This document shows positions 12,201-25,152 of a DNA stretch of 64,000 bases, piece after piece. Position numbers and translations under genes: made by a program. Each line of letters begins with the position of its first letter. The first letter of the stretch is position 1. The stretch spans positions 1,240,001-1,304,000 of the forward strand of contig NC_134029.1 in the NCBI RefSeq assembly GCF_964204645.1, written 5' to 3'. Under the pieces are notes generated by a model, which was not told where the DNA came from, ran no database searches, and saw nothing but the letters and a program-made list of their open reading frames with translations. This stretch comes from Tubulanus polymorphus (Eukaryota; Animalia; Nemertea).

Positions 12201-15200
12201 TTTGTCGCGATGGCAATAGCTTCACTTCCAGTAGCCTTCAAGTCGAAAGCGCAAGGTTCATTATTACCACACGTATCAGCTACAGTCGCGTTCGTCACCA
12301 TATCGATATTGTCAAACTGCGGTGTATATTGCGTATCATCATTGAACTTAAGAAAGGTTTCTCCATCCGAATATTTGAATAGTGATTCGGTTTCTTGTAT
12401 TCTCCCTATAAAATCAATCAGTTCATCAGAATATCAGTTCAACAAAACGTTTCATTCACGCGCAATTTAAAAGTAATTTACGATTCTTGCTTACATTGAT
12501 TTCTAAATTCGTCGTAAATTGTTTGAGTATTTTCGAATGTTTGACCGTATTTAGCCGGTTCAGCCGACATCCACGTTCCTAACAGTCCTTCAGTCTTCGT
12601 CTGAAAAGGATAGAGCTTGAAATGTCGAATGCTGCCCCCACAACAAAGGCAAGTTCTGCTACCTCCCCTTTACGAAGGTTAATAGGTCTAAGGGTGGATT
12701 CAATAGACGATTGACTGGATATAATTCAATAGAATAAAAAAACCCACAATATGACGAAGACTATGAGAGTTGGGGAAATTAATGAAAAAATCTCATAGAA
12801 TTGAGTCTAAACGTCACTTTCTTAGTTTTCTTCATGGTTATTTCACTGAGAACCTTAGTGTCAGTGGTATATATCGCTAACGTGGTTCACGCGAGCTCTT
12901 TAGTATAGGCAGTATACGGAGCTCCGCGAACCGGCCATTCTCAGGACTGGGTGGTTATGTGGAATGGTTATGGGCTTTTTCTTCAACTTAATCCATAGGC
13001 TGTTACTTTGTTTATGGGAACCAATTCGGTCTAATGGTGTTTTATGAATAGGTATTCGATGCAAGAAAAAAAGTCGTGATATCATTTCACATACTTTGAA
13101 TTGCTCTGGAATGGTCACCAGAGCATTTAATAAGTTGTTGCTTCTGGTTATTTTGATACCGATCCCTTCAGCAAAGGTCAAGACAAACTCGGAGACATCG
13201 GCCGGTCTAAGTCGGTTAATGTTGAAACCTACAAAAATATATCACAAAGATTTATTCGAATAAATGAAATGTTCGTTTTCTTCGAAATTCATTTGTAATG
13301 GCGAAAGTTTTGAAATCATAAACGACTTACTTTCGAATTTCTGATAGAGCTGACCGGGTTGCGTGAAGAAATGTTGCTCCCATATACCGTTTTTATTCAC
13401 CCACACAGATATTTTTCTGGACGTTTCCCAACCTATCGGCGCGAGTCTAACCTCGACCTTATCGGTATCGCCGTACTGCATGGCTATTGCAGTTACGACA
13501 GTAGCTGGAGTGTTAGTTGAAGCATCTATTGAAAATCATAAAACACAAAGAAATTAAATTTGATAGTAAAAGTGTGTTTTTAGTAGCAAATGAGTTATCG
13601 AATCTACTGGCCTTCAGTGCAGGTCGTTTGCTAGTTTTGGGTAAGCTAGCTGAAAGTACCCCTCCCATCCTAAACCAGCGGACGCAGCGTCGCCCGTGGT
13701 TGATCAGGATTTTCAATTTGTAAACGTAGGATATCTTTGTTTAAATTATAACCGTTTTTCTATTTAATTATTACCTATAAGCATCTGTTGTAATCGGGCT
13801 TGAATCTTGAGACCATTCGGTGCCCCGGCAACAGGTTTCAACAGCCAGAATTCACCTTTACCGTTAAATGTAATTCTTCTACCGTCGAATTGGACGAAAT
13901 GTGGATCTCCGAAAACCGTCGCTTCAAACATAAAGATACAGAATGATATACAAGATCAGACAAAGCGATAAAACACACCTACAGACATAACACCCAAACC
14001 ACGTCGATGCCAGCAAAACATATTCAATTGTCTGAAGAAGTTTTGATACAATTCTCTCCTCCATTATTACGCCGGTAGCAATCTGCTGCCTGGATCCCGC
14101 AGAAACATCAAAACCACAACTAACGATGGTCTCTTGAGAGAGTGTCCGAAATGCAAAGTCCTTTAGGTTTTAATCGTATTTATCGTATCTATTCTCCACA
14201 TCTGAGTGTGTTTATACTACTAACATCCAGGCTACACTGCTAGCACTGATTTATCAGAATTTCTCCTGGGTGGACAGAACAAAATGATGGACTGTGTTTT
14301 TCCGGCTTGCCCGAGGACACTACGGCGGTACCAGCCTACATCTGCTGTATGTAAGTAATTCTAATCAATGAGATGGATTTAAAGGCCCACTGGCAGTAGA
14401 AGTTGAAATCTCACCTGCTTTAGGCGATGCATACGATTTACAAGAAGTCGTTGGTCGTAAAGTCATATACTGGAGACAGTTATCAGAATACAGACAGCAA
14501 TGATAGTAACTAACTACGTCACGTATCCAGTGTGATAGTCTTGGTAAATAAGGTGGTTTCTCGTAGGGATATTTCCCGAAGCTCGCTGCCCTATCCGGAG
14601 TACTACCGTTATACGAATCCATGCTATACATGAGAAGACCTGCCGAATTGTAGCAACATTGATTCCCCGCACCTTTAGCGCTGAAAAGTGAAAAATATTC
14701 AGAATCATTCATTTCAAACATCTAATAGATTCAGTTCCACAGATGTCGGTGATGACTCGACTATGTGACCTGTAACTGTGGCACTGCGTCCAAGGTTTCA
14801 ACGACTGTCTTATTAGATTTGGTCCATTTCCGAAGTTATAAGCCCAGAATCCTAACTTAAGAACCCAAAAGGTTTTTGCCAAGAACTATGGAACTGGATA
14901 CTGTTAATTGATTTATTAATATACTTACTTGGGCTGCACGGATCGGACGCAGTGTTGAGCACCGACGTGAAAGCGACATTTCTTCGGATCTGGGTCGTTC
15001 TCGTTACAGGATACATCTGGTTCCCAGCGACCTATGTCTACTTTAGCTTGTTTCAATTCACACGGACACACCGGTAAATCATTCAGCCACGATGAATCTT
15101 GTTTGTCCTGATTCACCCATTTCAGACATTTCTGCTGTGCCCCATTCGCGCTCAGTCCTCTATTCGTCAACCATGACACCATTGTAAGCGTCGACCAAAG

Positions 15201-18200
15201 ATAACTGTTAGAAAATACAAAATATGTTACAGATATTCTCAATTTAATTCAAGTACAACTCAGGCAGGTATCAATCTGCAGCAGTCTGGAATCAACCCGT
15301 CGGACCATTTTAGTGTGAAGTTTTTGAAGTCCTGATGAAATGTGGTCAGTGCTTGGTGTTTGTAGTTCATTTTCAATTAAAAATGCCTCAGATGAAGCAC
15401 TGAACACATGCGAAGTGTAAATGATCGGTTTATGAAATTGTGCTGATTGATTGTCTTTGTAGTTCATTTTCAATCAACTTGTCTCAGGTATACGTAGTCC
15501 TGAACACATGTGTGAAAGTCTGAGGAGGTGCAGGGCCCATGCAGCAGATTGACCGCGTGATAATGTTGAAGCTATACATTGTTTAAAACGACTCTTACCT
15601 GGACTGCAGTGTGCTTTCTCTTATAACTATCGCTCCCATGTCGTAAAGATGACAGTTTTGATTCGAACATTGTACAGAATTAGCTTCGAAGATATGCATA
15701 CCATCGTTCGGTGAATTAGCTGAAATCGTCGCCAGCTCGACCCACTCCGCCTTCAATGAATATAATCAATCCAAATATGAATGAAACAGGTACAAAATAC
15801 AAAAATGCCCAAAAAGTATTGAAGTTGCCATAATCAATGAATACAAAGTTTATTAATCCGGCAGTTTCAAGATGTCCCAACAAAATAGTAATGCGATAAC
15901 TAACTGTTTCTCTGAAGACTAGATTTAGATAAATCTTGAAACCATCAGATAAATGAACTAAAGATATCATCGATTGTAGGATTGTTCATTGTCATCTACA
16001 GGTTACAAATCACGTGACTCAATTACCCGATAGCTATGATAAACCAAGTCAAATATGCGTCTTTTGAAGATTCGTTTCTCAATTATTCTAAAACTTACGC
16101 CTCTGTTGAATGTAGGGTGCTCCCTGTAACCATAAACATAGATGTTCACTGTGGAAGTTTCAGCGAAAGCCAGCGTGTTCCATTTCAATTCCAGAGGAAA
16201 TCCTGGTTGTCTTTCCGACCAATTCTGACGATCGACAAGAGTAACCGGGAACGTATCTTCAGTTGGCAAACCTTTAATATACATTACACAAATTACAGGA
16301 TATTTGTAAAGATTTAAAACATTATAACGTATTGAATGAATTCATTATAAATGAACTGTGTTTTCGAGATGAGATGAGTTTCCCTCATCTATTCAATTGA
16401 TTCATTTCATTCGATGTCTTTTTGGCATCGCCCATACAAATTAACAAGTCATATCTGTCAGGAACGAAAAAGGGAGTTTGAAATCGAAGTACAAATGTCT
16501 AGATGGTTGGTCGAAAAGGGAAGATGTCACCGCCATCGGGCCAGTGGGGGTTGCGAGTTTATTGACCGGACAGACCGGCACCGCGTCTGGTGGGACGAAG
16601 CAGAAATTGATTCTCCACCAACAAATAGACTGAAAGAGAGAATATACTTACCGACATGTATATGAGTTGGGTTACTATAATAAGTGGCACCGCCGTCATA
16701 ACTAACTTCAACTTTCACATCTCCGACTTTCATGAAATAAGGGGTGATACAGTGAACCCCGGTGCTGACGATGGCGGGCTCTTCATCTTTACCGTCAAAA
16801 CGACACATAACTGACTGAGTGATACCCTGTTCTAGACACAACCCCGATATCTCAATCATATCTCTACCGAATGAACTGACTGTATGCGGATACGCCTGTA
16901 ATTCCATACCTGTGTGGTGGTGGATTAAATCAAAACATCGAAATAAGAGCTAGAATTAACTAGATACGCGATAAAACCATGCAGAAGAAGAAAACGAGTT
17001 GGAAAAGTTTCCCCGAGCTACGTAATATTCATGCTGCCCAACGTTGCGATTATATCCTAGAAGTCATCTTGCAGAAATTGTGAAATAAATATTCCTGAAA
17101 GATGTGAATCAGGATCTAGTTGAACTGTTGAATTTACTACCAGCTCAAGGAAACATTTCAGACTCGTTTTTGTATTGTGGGATTTTATCATATACATGTT
17201 ATCGTTCAAACACCGAGTGTTTCATATAGATTTCAGTTTCAGAGAATTTCAAATTGTTTTTAAGACATTTAAATGTAAAATTCTCGGGTAATATTTGGAT
17301 TCTAACGATGTGAAATTGATAATTGCTTCACGTACTGGCTTCAAACTCAGGTTTAACACAGCCGCCTCGTAGAATGTTTTCTGTCGATATCTCATAGTAG
17401 AATCTTCCCGGAATATGAGATCCCATATTCACCAGTTTCGTCATCTGATCGACATCCCCTGATAACGGTAGAGGATACCAGCCCTGTTCCATACCAGCAT
17501 TGAATCCAGCCTAAACAAGGAAATAAGTATTAGGATTTATTGCAAATTTATAAAATAGCAGTGAGCAAAACTATCTTAAGATCTCAAAATGCTGAAATTT
17601 AAAGCTCTATGAATTCTACAGTCACTTGTATTTGTCATGGAATTGTTCGGAACAAATCAGCCGAATAGAACTTCACTATACGTCACTGTGACGTCACAGT
17701 ATACTGGATGATCATGATTTGTGAAAGCTGAATGATCACGCCGACCCGTGGCCGAACGGGACGGTCGATCGTCACCGACACCTGAGAGCCGAGTTCGAAC
17801 CGTGAACCACTCACACATATAAACATGCGACCAAAATGTGATTAAATATTTCATTGTTTTTTTCTTCAATTTGACCTTTATTGCAGCTTGATGTGGATTT
17901 TTTCTAAAAGCCAACACGCGTTAAGGATAATCATACTTGAATAGTTATTGAATAGTTATTATGAATTACTTACAGCCGCTGAAATAGCTCCCTTCGCGAG
18001 GTTTTGAATGGTGTAATACTGTAATATTACGTAAGTCTTCACTTCATCTGTTAACACCGTCAGTCGAAATGTATTTGTCTGTGTGGAAAAAATCAAGACA
18101 ATTATTAGTTAGCGACGAATCATTTCCTCGGAGTCATTTAGTGGAAACTGAATATGTAAACTGTATATGTTTTTAGTGTCTGGGTGTGGGTTGTTTTCAA

Positions 18201-19455
18201 CACGATACCGTCGACAAAGGTATCAGTTCAAACAGTTACACTTTTCACACGAATATCTACATCGAAACATCTGATAGATTGAACAATTCTGATATTAGAA
18301 ACTCCTTGTAGAAACAATAGATGTAGATGTATCGGTCACCTTGGTCGTATCGGCGGCGTCTTGCTCCGCGAGTTGGTTCCAAATCACTTCAAATCCATTT
18401 TTAGATTTATAACCTCGGGACCCGATTGCGTATTGTCGGATTTCAGTATCGTAGGCGTCTAACGTGGCATGCGCTTCCTGAATACACCAGAAACAAACAA
18501 AAAAATCAACAGATTATTAACCATTGCTGCAACACTAGGAGTTCCGTGTTGTAACGATTGTATGAAATCCCAAACTAGAAAAAGAAAAATGGTCCAAAAA
18601 GTATCCTTTTGATGATTAAGTAGATTAGTCCAATATAGTCGGAACCTTTTCTTCTTCATAGTGTAGGGTTTTATATCACATCTATAATTACAATATTTTT
18701 GATATATCGCTATGTAATATCAGTAAAGAGAAAGGTACATAAATCTTGAATAAATTAATAAATTACGTTAATTGTCGATATTCTCATCGAATACGTACCG
18801 GAAGTTCTCTGTATGATATATTTCCGGGTGAAGTTGGCTCGTTGTTTACGGGATAAAGTAACGCAGCAATTAGTGGTTTATCCGATTCAGGTAATGCGTA
18901 AGGTAGTGGAAACTTTCTGTACCTTCGCTCGTTATCTTGCCCCATAATCACATAGCCGTTTGCATATACCTTGACAAAATATGGCGTTAGCATAGTTATT
19001 GTATTAAACTCCAAGGGAAGTAAAGTTCTGGTCGGTATCTTCGATACCTGGGACACTCCTGAGTTTCACAGTGTTTATCAAAGTTATAACTTCGAGTTGG
19101 GATTAATAGAATGTTTGTCAAGTCTTAACCGAGGACTGGGTGAATAACTAATGTTAATTAGTTGGTCGGAAATCCCTAAATCTAGTCCATATATTAAACG
19201 ATGTAATTCGTCATTCGTTGTACTCGGTACCATCTGTAATAACTTTATCAACGAATATATTCTGATGCAAGTATTTTTTTGTGAAACGACAGGAAGATTA
19301 ATGAATGGAAAAACTTACAATTATTGAACTAAACATTCGGCCGTAAAACGGATATTGAACTGAGAATTGTTTGATGCAGTTGCAGTTTTCGATTTTATCG
19401 TACATTTTCGGAATTTGTACAAATGGCGGATCATTTTGCGCGAATATCTCTTCCA
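9250..19455 (-). CDS. Mesh/SUSD2-like type I membrane protein (NIDO, IPT/TIG, AMOP, vWD, Sushi, TM); 5' end unresolved
   Basis: Phase-consistent exons: 19319-19455, 18799-18969, 18340-18477, 17974-18078, 17336-17510, 16652-16909, 16099-16271, 15599-15750, 14929-15204, 14415-14680, 13775-13921, 13331-13525, 13095-13228, 12495-12600, 12154-12405, 11718-11906, 11455-11593, 10025-10119, 9250-9410. Motifs: YANG, TNTF..LTD and AGFNAG (NIDO); LPVCPC and GNQCCY (AMOP); FGDPHF..FDG..FNGKGEF and TEGLLG (vWD); Sushi cysteines; TM LIVGILIAVLIVVAVVGVLIFFFL; ends KSSMV. Confidence 0.9.
17745..17815 (+). mobile_element. tRNA-derived SINE head or tRNA pseudogene (intronic)
   Basis: A-box-like TGGCCGAACGG (17749-17759) and B-box GAGTTCGAACC (17791-17801) at Pol III spacing; no clean cloverleaf found. 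Confidence 0.45.
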
Positions 19456-21618
19456 CTGAAAAGGAAAAGATGAGAAATATAAATTCAATAATGCGGATAA
19501 TAGAAAACCTAGCAAACATCCTGCTGTCACACACTAGAATTCAGCTCGATAAATATCGCTGAAAGAAATATAATTATCAGATTCAGATAAACAACAAAAT
19601 TCTAAAATAGACTTCCGTAACGATGAAATTTCGAAAATTTATAAAAATGAAACCACACCATTCATGATAGTTATTTATCTTGTTAATCACATTTTCTCAG
19701 TATTTCGCTATTATTCGTCATTTATTACACTTTACATTTGATTTATCACGTATAACTAGTATCGGAATCATATTTGATTATTTCTGGCTGAAATACCGTT
19801 GGTCATATTCACGTTCTGTAATGGGTGGGTGTAACGTAATTCACGCAACATTATTTACATTGTATTTAACCTAATCTAAGTAATTCTTTTGACAATAAAT
19901 CGCTTATCACCAATGCGTCATTCTTTCGAAAAATAATAAAAGACATTCATTTCTCACGAAGGGTTGGGGACATGTTATCGTACATGTATATATTATGTAC
20001 TATGCGATTTAGCTTGGAAACGATTGATAAGTCTCATTATATGCATTGTGTATTTACCTAATCTAACAGGAATGATTTACAATCTTCCATTTTACTATCG
20101 GTTACCTGTGACCGTGTCAGGATATCACACAGGCCAGGTTGATTTTAACCTGCCCAAACAGAGTGAATCGTTTTAATTTCGATGAATTATTTTGACGGTA
20201 TGAGATGCGTCTTATAATCAAGGAACGTTTGTTGATGAGTTACTTTGAAAAAATAACTGGTCCGGATCCAGACCCAAGGCATATATTTGGCCCGTGTCAT
20301 ATAAGATTGCGCGTTCACAGGTAAATCACTTAATGCTATTAGAACGATAATGAGGCAAGTGACTGGAGTCACTTACAGTACCACTAAGCATTCACACGGA
20401 CTAATTTGACCCATGCTTAAATTCGGAACGGGTCTGGTCTGACGTTTTAGATCAAGCCATATTTGGCCCGCGTCAATAAGGTACGCACCCATTTGGCACA
20501 TTGTTGTATCGCAGTTGCTATATTGAGTTGTTATTGATGTCGTGTAAATAACTTCTCAGATTCGAAGAAAGGAATTTTGCATTATCAATAGATGTCATAT
20601 TGACTCACAGTATATGTATGACACATTATGGTCGTCTATACATCATCTCAATACGTCGTCAACTTTATCATTACTTAATCAAAAACAATCAGGAGAATTC
20701 TGCATCTGACATTCTGGTGGTACTCGGACGAGGGCTCCGCAAAGTTATTTGATTATTTAGAATTTTTGATATGATATTGACTTCCAAGGTGACTAAAATA
20801 AATTTTATCTTCCTTTGTCTTAACTTTTCGTTCAACAAAAATCGTAAAAGTAGTTGCAATCCTCTTTCGAATACATATTCAAAATAACGAAAATGATTTA
20901 GAAGAAGGATTGATGAAATCTGGGTTCCATTGAAATGGTACGTACATGTACATCTAGATATACAGAATTCGACCAACCTGTTCTATGTTAATGAGAGTTT
21001 GTATCGTAATTGATTAACGTAATAAATATATTCTACCATATAGACAATTTTATAAAGTCAATTTTAACAATGTTTTTTAGATGATAGAATATCTGGTTGC
21101 TAAACAAGGTACAACACCGGTGACACGAATGGCCTGACACGCCTTAATGGCGGATCGCCATTTTGTGGGTCGGTGTTGTGAGTCTGATGAATGTAAAGCT
21201 AAATCAATCCTTGCAATATCAAACAGTATTTTCTCAGTGATCTTTACCTGTTTGTCCATGAGATGAAATTACCAAATTCAACCAAACGATACTCAATATA
21301 CTGAATAATCCTGTTAATAGCTGCCGATTACAGGTATGCGACGCCATGACTATGTCTCCAAGCCTGGTATCATCCCTATTAGAACCTTATCAAATTTTTG
21401 TCCCACATGCGACTCGACTCCGAGATAAGCTAATTTTACATGAGTAGGCTTAAAACAAACATTAGGACGAACGCATACAGGTCTATTTACACAATATACA
21501 TAGTCATCTGACCCAAACTAAAGCTTTAATGACAATAAAACTATTTCCCTTCCTCTTCCTTGCGTTTATCGTTTATCTGTATTTTTTGTGAAAGCGTCAT
21601 AAATGAATAAAAGACAAG

Positions 21619-21729
21619 CAGGATCCAGTTCCACAGGTGTGAGTAATTGACTTCGAATTAACTCATTGGCAATGGACTGATTTCAACTCAGATTTTTATT
21701 CTAACTCGCAACTGTGGAACTGGGTCCAG
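21619..21729. mobile_element. MITE family A copy
   Basis: CAG-GATCCAGTTCCACAG ... CTGTGGAACTGGGTC-CAG; same TIR and TSD as 3290-3406. Confidence 0.75.
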
Positions 21730-22201
21730 AATTTTAATGAATCATACATCTATCCGATTTTGAGGACGAATGATCTATACTTTTGCTAAAGGCAATGAAC
21801 ACGATGAACTCTCAATCCAACTATAATAAAATGTGAAAATTATATTACTGAATCAATCATGATTTATTTTCGGAGCTTTCAAAAATGTTACTGCCCAGTT
21901 ATTTTATTATTCAACTGAATTCAACAAAAAAAAATGAATTAATGAAAATTGATTCGGAAGAAAAATGTAGTTCTATTGAAAATCGTGTTGAATCGCCGCG
22001 AAATTTTACACATTAAACACAATGAGAATTTACAATGAGAAAAGAAATGTCGATATTTGCAGATCTATCGTTATTTCTTTACTGGTTTCATCATCACACA
22101 CACACACGATATAAATCAGGAGTGATATCTACTGGTAACGATTGTTGTAATCTATAGATCACGATAACTTGGTATCGCATCTCAGATAAATCTCAATAAT
22201 C

Positions 22202-23152
22202 ATGAATTTTACTCATGTTCAGATGGTTCCAGCATACAACAGTTATACCGTACTCATGTCCGTGGAGAACAAGTCTGGCGTATATCGCATGTGTTCATTG
22301 GTCATTTCGTTGGTTCTATTTTTACTGGGTGCCTTCGGAAATTCAGCTACTTTCCTGATAATGATAAGTCGTAGATTTCGCAGTTTATCTTACGCTAACT
22401 ATCTGATCATTTTGTCTGTTACCGATTCAGTCGTCTGTGTTAACATATCACTGATGCCCGTTTTACAATATGTTTTAATGCACGTAAAAAGTGGTCCTAT
22501 ATTCATAATGAATTCACTGATCAGTTGTCAAATCTACGAAGCTGCTTTGTTGTTCTCTGTATCCAGTAGTTCGTGGTTAATCGTGGCTATATCTCTAGAA
22601 CGTGCGGCAGTTGTTCTCTTCCCGTTCACATCTCGTTTAATATGTACACCGAGATTCGCCCGAAGTGTTATTGTGGTAATTATGGTTACGAATTGTATTA
22701 TATTATGGATCTATCCTGCTTGGATTAGCTTTTTCGATAACTTAGATCCTCCTCTATGTTATTACGGGTTACGTGAACAAATGATTTGTTTTATCACTAT
22801 AGTTGTCCATGTTCATTTTCTTCCTTTAACCATCATAGCGACGTCAAATTCTGTAATAATAATGCAGTTATTCAGAGGTTCAAAAATAGTTTCGTCCGAT
22901 AAGAAAACTACAAAAGCAAAACGTACAACAATAATGCTTGTAACAGTTTCACTCACATTTGCGATGTTAACACTTCCCTCCTCTATTTCTGCGATCTTGC
23001 CAATCACCGAGAATCAGAGAGTATTTCTTTTAGACATTTTCACCCAGATTCAAATGTGTAACTATGTGGTCAACTTTTACATGTATCTGTTACTGGGACG
23101 AGAAATTCGAGAATATTTCTGTGAAAGAATTCGCTGTTTCTCCTGGCAGTAA
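22202..23152 (+). CDS. Intronless class A orphan GPCR, cluster paralog A (putative chemoreceptor)
   Basis: 316 aa, 7 TM; family motifs RRFRSLSYANYL, WLIVAISLERAAVVLFPF, KRTTIML, NYVVNFYMY. Confidence 0.92.
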   Translation: MNFTHVQMVPAYNSYTVLMSVENKSGVYRMCSLVISLVLFLLGAFGNSATFLIMISRRFRSLSYANYLIILSVTDSVVCVNISLMPVLQYVLMHVKSGPIFIMNSLISCQIYEAALLFSVSSSSWLIVAISLERAAVVLFPFTSRLICTPRFARSVIVVIMVTNCIILWIYPAWISFFDNLDPPLCYYGLREQMICFITIVVHVHFLPLTIIATSNSVIIMQLFRGSKIVSSDKKTTKAKRTTIMLVTVSLTFAMLTLPSSISAILPITENQRVFLLDIFTQIQMCNYVVNFYMYLLLGREIREYFCERIRCFSWQ

Positions 23153-23668
23153 GAAACCATAACTTTTCAATTAGACGCATGAACACGTTTGATATTTGGT
23201 CAAGATTCTAACTTTTTACACTTGCTTGTGTAATTGATTATTATTGTATGTGGCCAGTCCTTGGTTGATCATGTTTAGGGCGAGCTGAACCTTCCGGAGA
23301 ATACTGACTCACGCAATCTTTAGAGAATATCTTCTCTGAGATATCTTCAGTGACAAATGAAATTTGTGTATTCTTTAAACTGAAATATCTACACGAATTA
23401 TTTGCGCATACGTTCATAAGTAAATAACAGTTTATTCTCCGCATTTTATTAGTATGTCATTTGGAATGATATTAGAGTGTTCACATGTAAGAGATATTAA
23501 CAATATTTTGAAACTTGTGGTAGGTTTCAATGAGATGTTGACAATAATACGGTACCGAATAAGACATAATAAGACTTGGATTGGATTCAACGCGTGGACA
23601 GATAATCATCATGTATTTATTTGTTAGAACATATTCAGCAATGACGGCCATGAATAACATTGAGAATA

Positions 23669-24649
23669 ATGATGAATTCTTCATTAGTAACGCAGATTGG
23701 TAAACGACCGTATCACAGTTACACAATCGTCATGTCATTAGAACACAGACACGGCAAGTACCGTGCATTCTCGATAGTTTACTTTTTGATTCTGTCTCTA
23801 CTGGGATCATTTGGAAATATAGCTACATTCCTGATAATGATGACTCGCAGATTCAGGAGTTTATCGTACGCTAACTATCTGATCGTTTTGTCGTTATGCG
23901 ATTTTGTATTTTGTTGCCACATGACGTTGATACCAATTTTACAGTTTATTCTTTTGCGCGTAGCGAGCAAACCGATACTGATGGTGAATTCGAAGAACGG
24001 TTGCAAAGCCTACGAATTTATAATGCTGTCTGCCTCCTTAACAAGTTCGCGTTCAATAATAGCTATATCTCTAGAACGTGCGGCAGTTGTTCTCTTCCCG
24101 TTCACATCTCGTTTAATATGTACACCTAGATTCGCCCGTTGTGTCATCCTATTTATCTTGATAATGAACATTCTTGTCGCATGTTTTATTTCCCCAATAC
24201 TGACTACGGAATATCTTGAATCTTTTGGATGTTACTTCAACAACTCTTTCCTACCGTTAAAAGTTCGTTTGATATTTTTCCCTATTTATACATACAGTCT
24301 GCCCATAGCGGTGATTATTACATCCAATATTGGAATAATAGTTCAGTTATTCAGAGGTTCAAAAATGGTTTCGTCCGATCAGAAAACTACAAATTCAAAA
24401 CGTACGACAATAATGCTTGTAACGGTTTCACTCGCATTCACTGTATTCACATTCCCCTCCTCTGTCATTTCATTTTCGCCTATTCCCTTAAAACTGAAGT
24501 ATTTTCTATTTGAATTTTTCACCAATGTTGTAATGTGTAATTACGTAATAAATTTTTACATATATCTTTTACTTGGTCGAGAAATTCGTGAATATTTCTG
24601 TGCTAAAGTTTGTTGGATGTTGAATAAACGGTGGACCGGCTTTCATTGA
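23669..24649 (+). CDS. Intronless class A orphan GPCR, cluster paralog B
   Basis: First ATG at 23669; same family motifs; 7 TM. Confidence 0.92.
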   Translation: MMNSSLVTQIGKRPYHSYTIVMSLEHRHGKYRAFSIVYFLILSLLGSFGNIATFLIMMTRRFRSLSYANYLIVLSLCDFVFCCHMTLIPILQFILLRVASKPILMVNSKNGCKAYEFIMLSASLTSSRSIIAISLERAAVVLFPFTSRLICTPRFARCVILFILIMNILVACFISPILTTEYLESFGCYFNNSFLPLKVRLIFFPIYTYSLPIAVIITSNIGIIVQLFRGSKMVSSDQKTTNSKRTTIMLVTVSLAFTVFTFPSSVISFSPIPLKLKYFLFEFFTNVVMCNYVINFYIYLLLGREIREYFCAKVCWMLNKRWTGFH

Positions 24650-25152
24650 AAATCGCTGATAAAAAGAACAATCCTTGTTATTTAATGATGCAATACATTT
24701 ATTACGTATTTCAAGTTGTAAAATTAACACAACGACTCTTTTAAAGAGTCGAACGAGATCTCCAGCATTCGAACCCTGTGCGCAAACCTCCGAGGAGCAG
24801 TCACAGTTTATCAGTGTGGTGACCAGTCAGGATATGGTCCCGGGCAACTGGTTGTCGAACGCTCTATTCACTTACAATAACCTTACCAGGCCAATTACCT
24901 TGAAGAAAATTTCCCATCAAAAAGCAGATTACATTTAGGCAAAACTAGAACTAAAAATATTTTCAGTAGAGATAATGCGAATGCACAGTGACATTAGATT
25001 AGTTATAAGACAGGTGATATTTGATACACGGTTTTATCAGTAAAATGACTTTCATTCGTCACAAAATATACAAAAATGTTCGATAAATAAATGATGATTA
25101 TTTCATGTTCATATTTGATTGAGAAGCGACGAGTGAATTTAACATCGAAAAC

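Noticed and set aside
20187-20414. Signal-peptide-like ORF or first exon of the Mesh-like gene
   Set aside because: The ORF starts at GTG inside a donor motif; the ATG exon at 20377-20414 ends in phase 2 but the next exon needs phase 1, so the 5' end is left unresolved.
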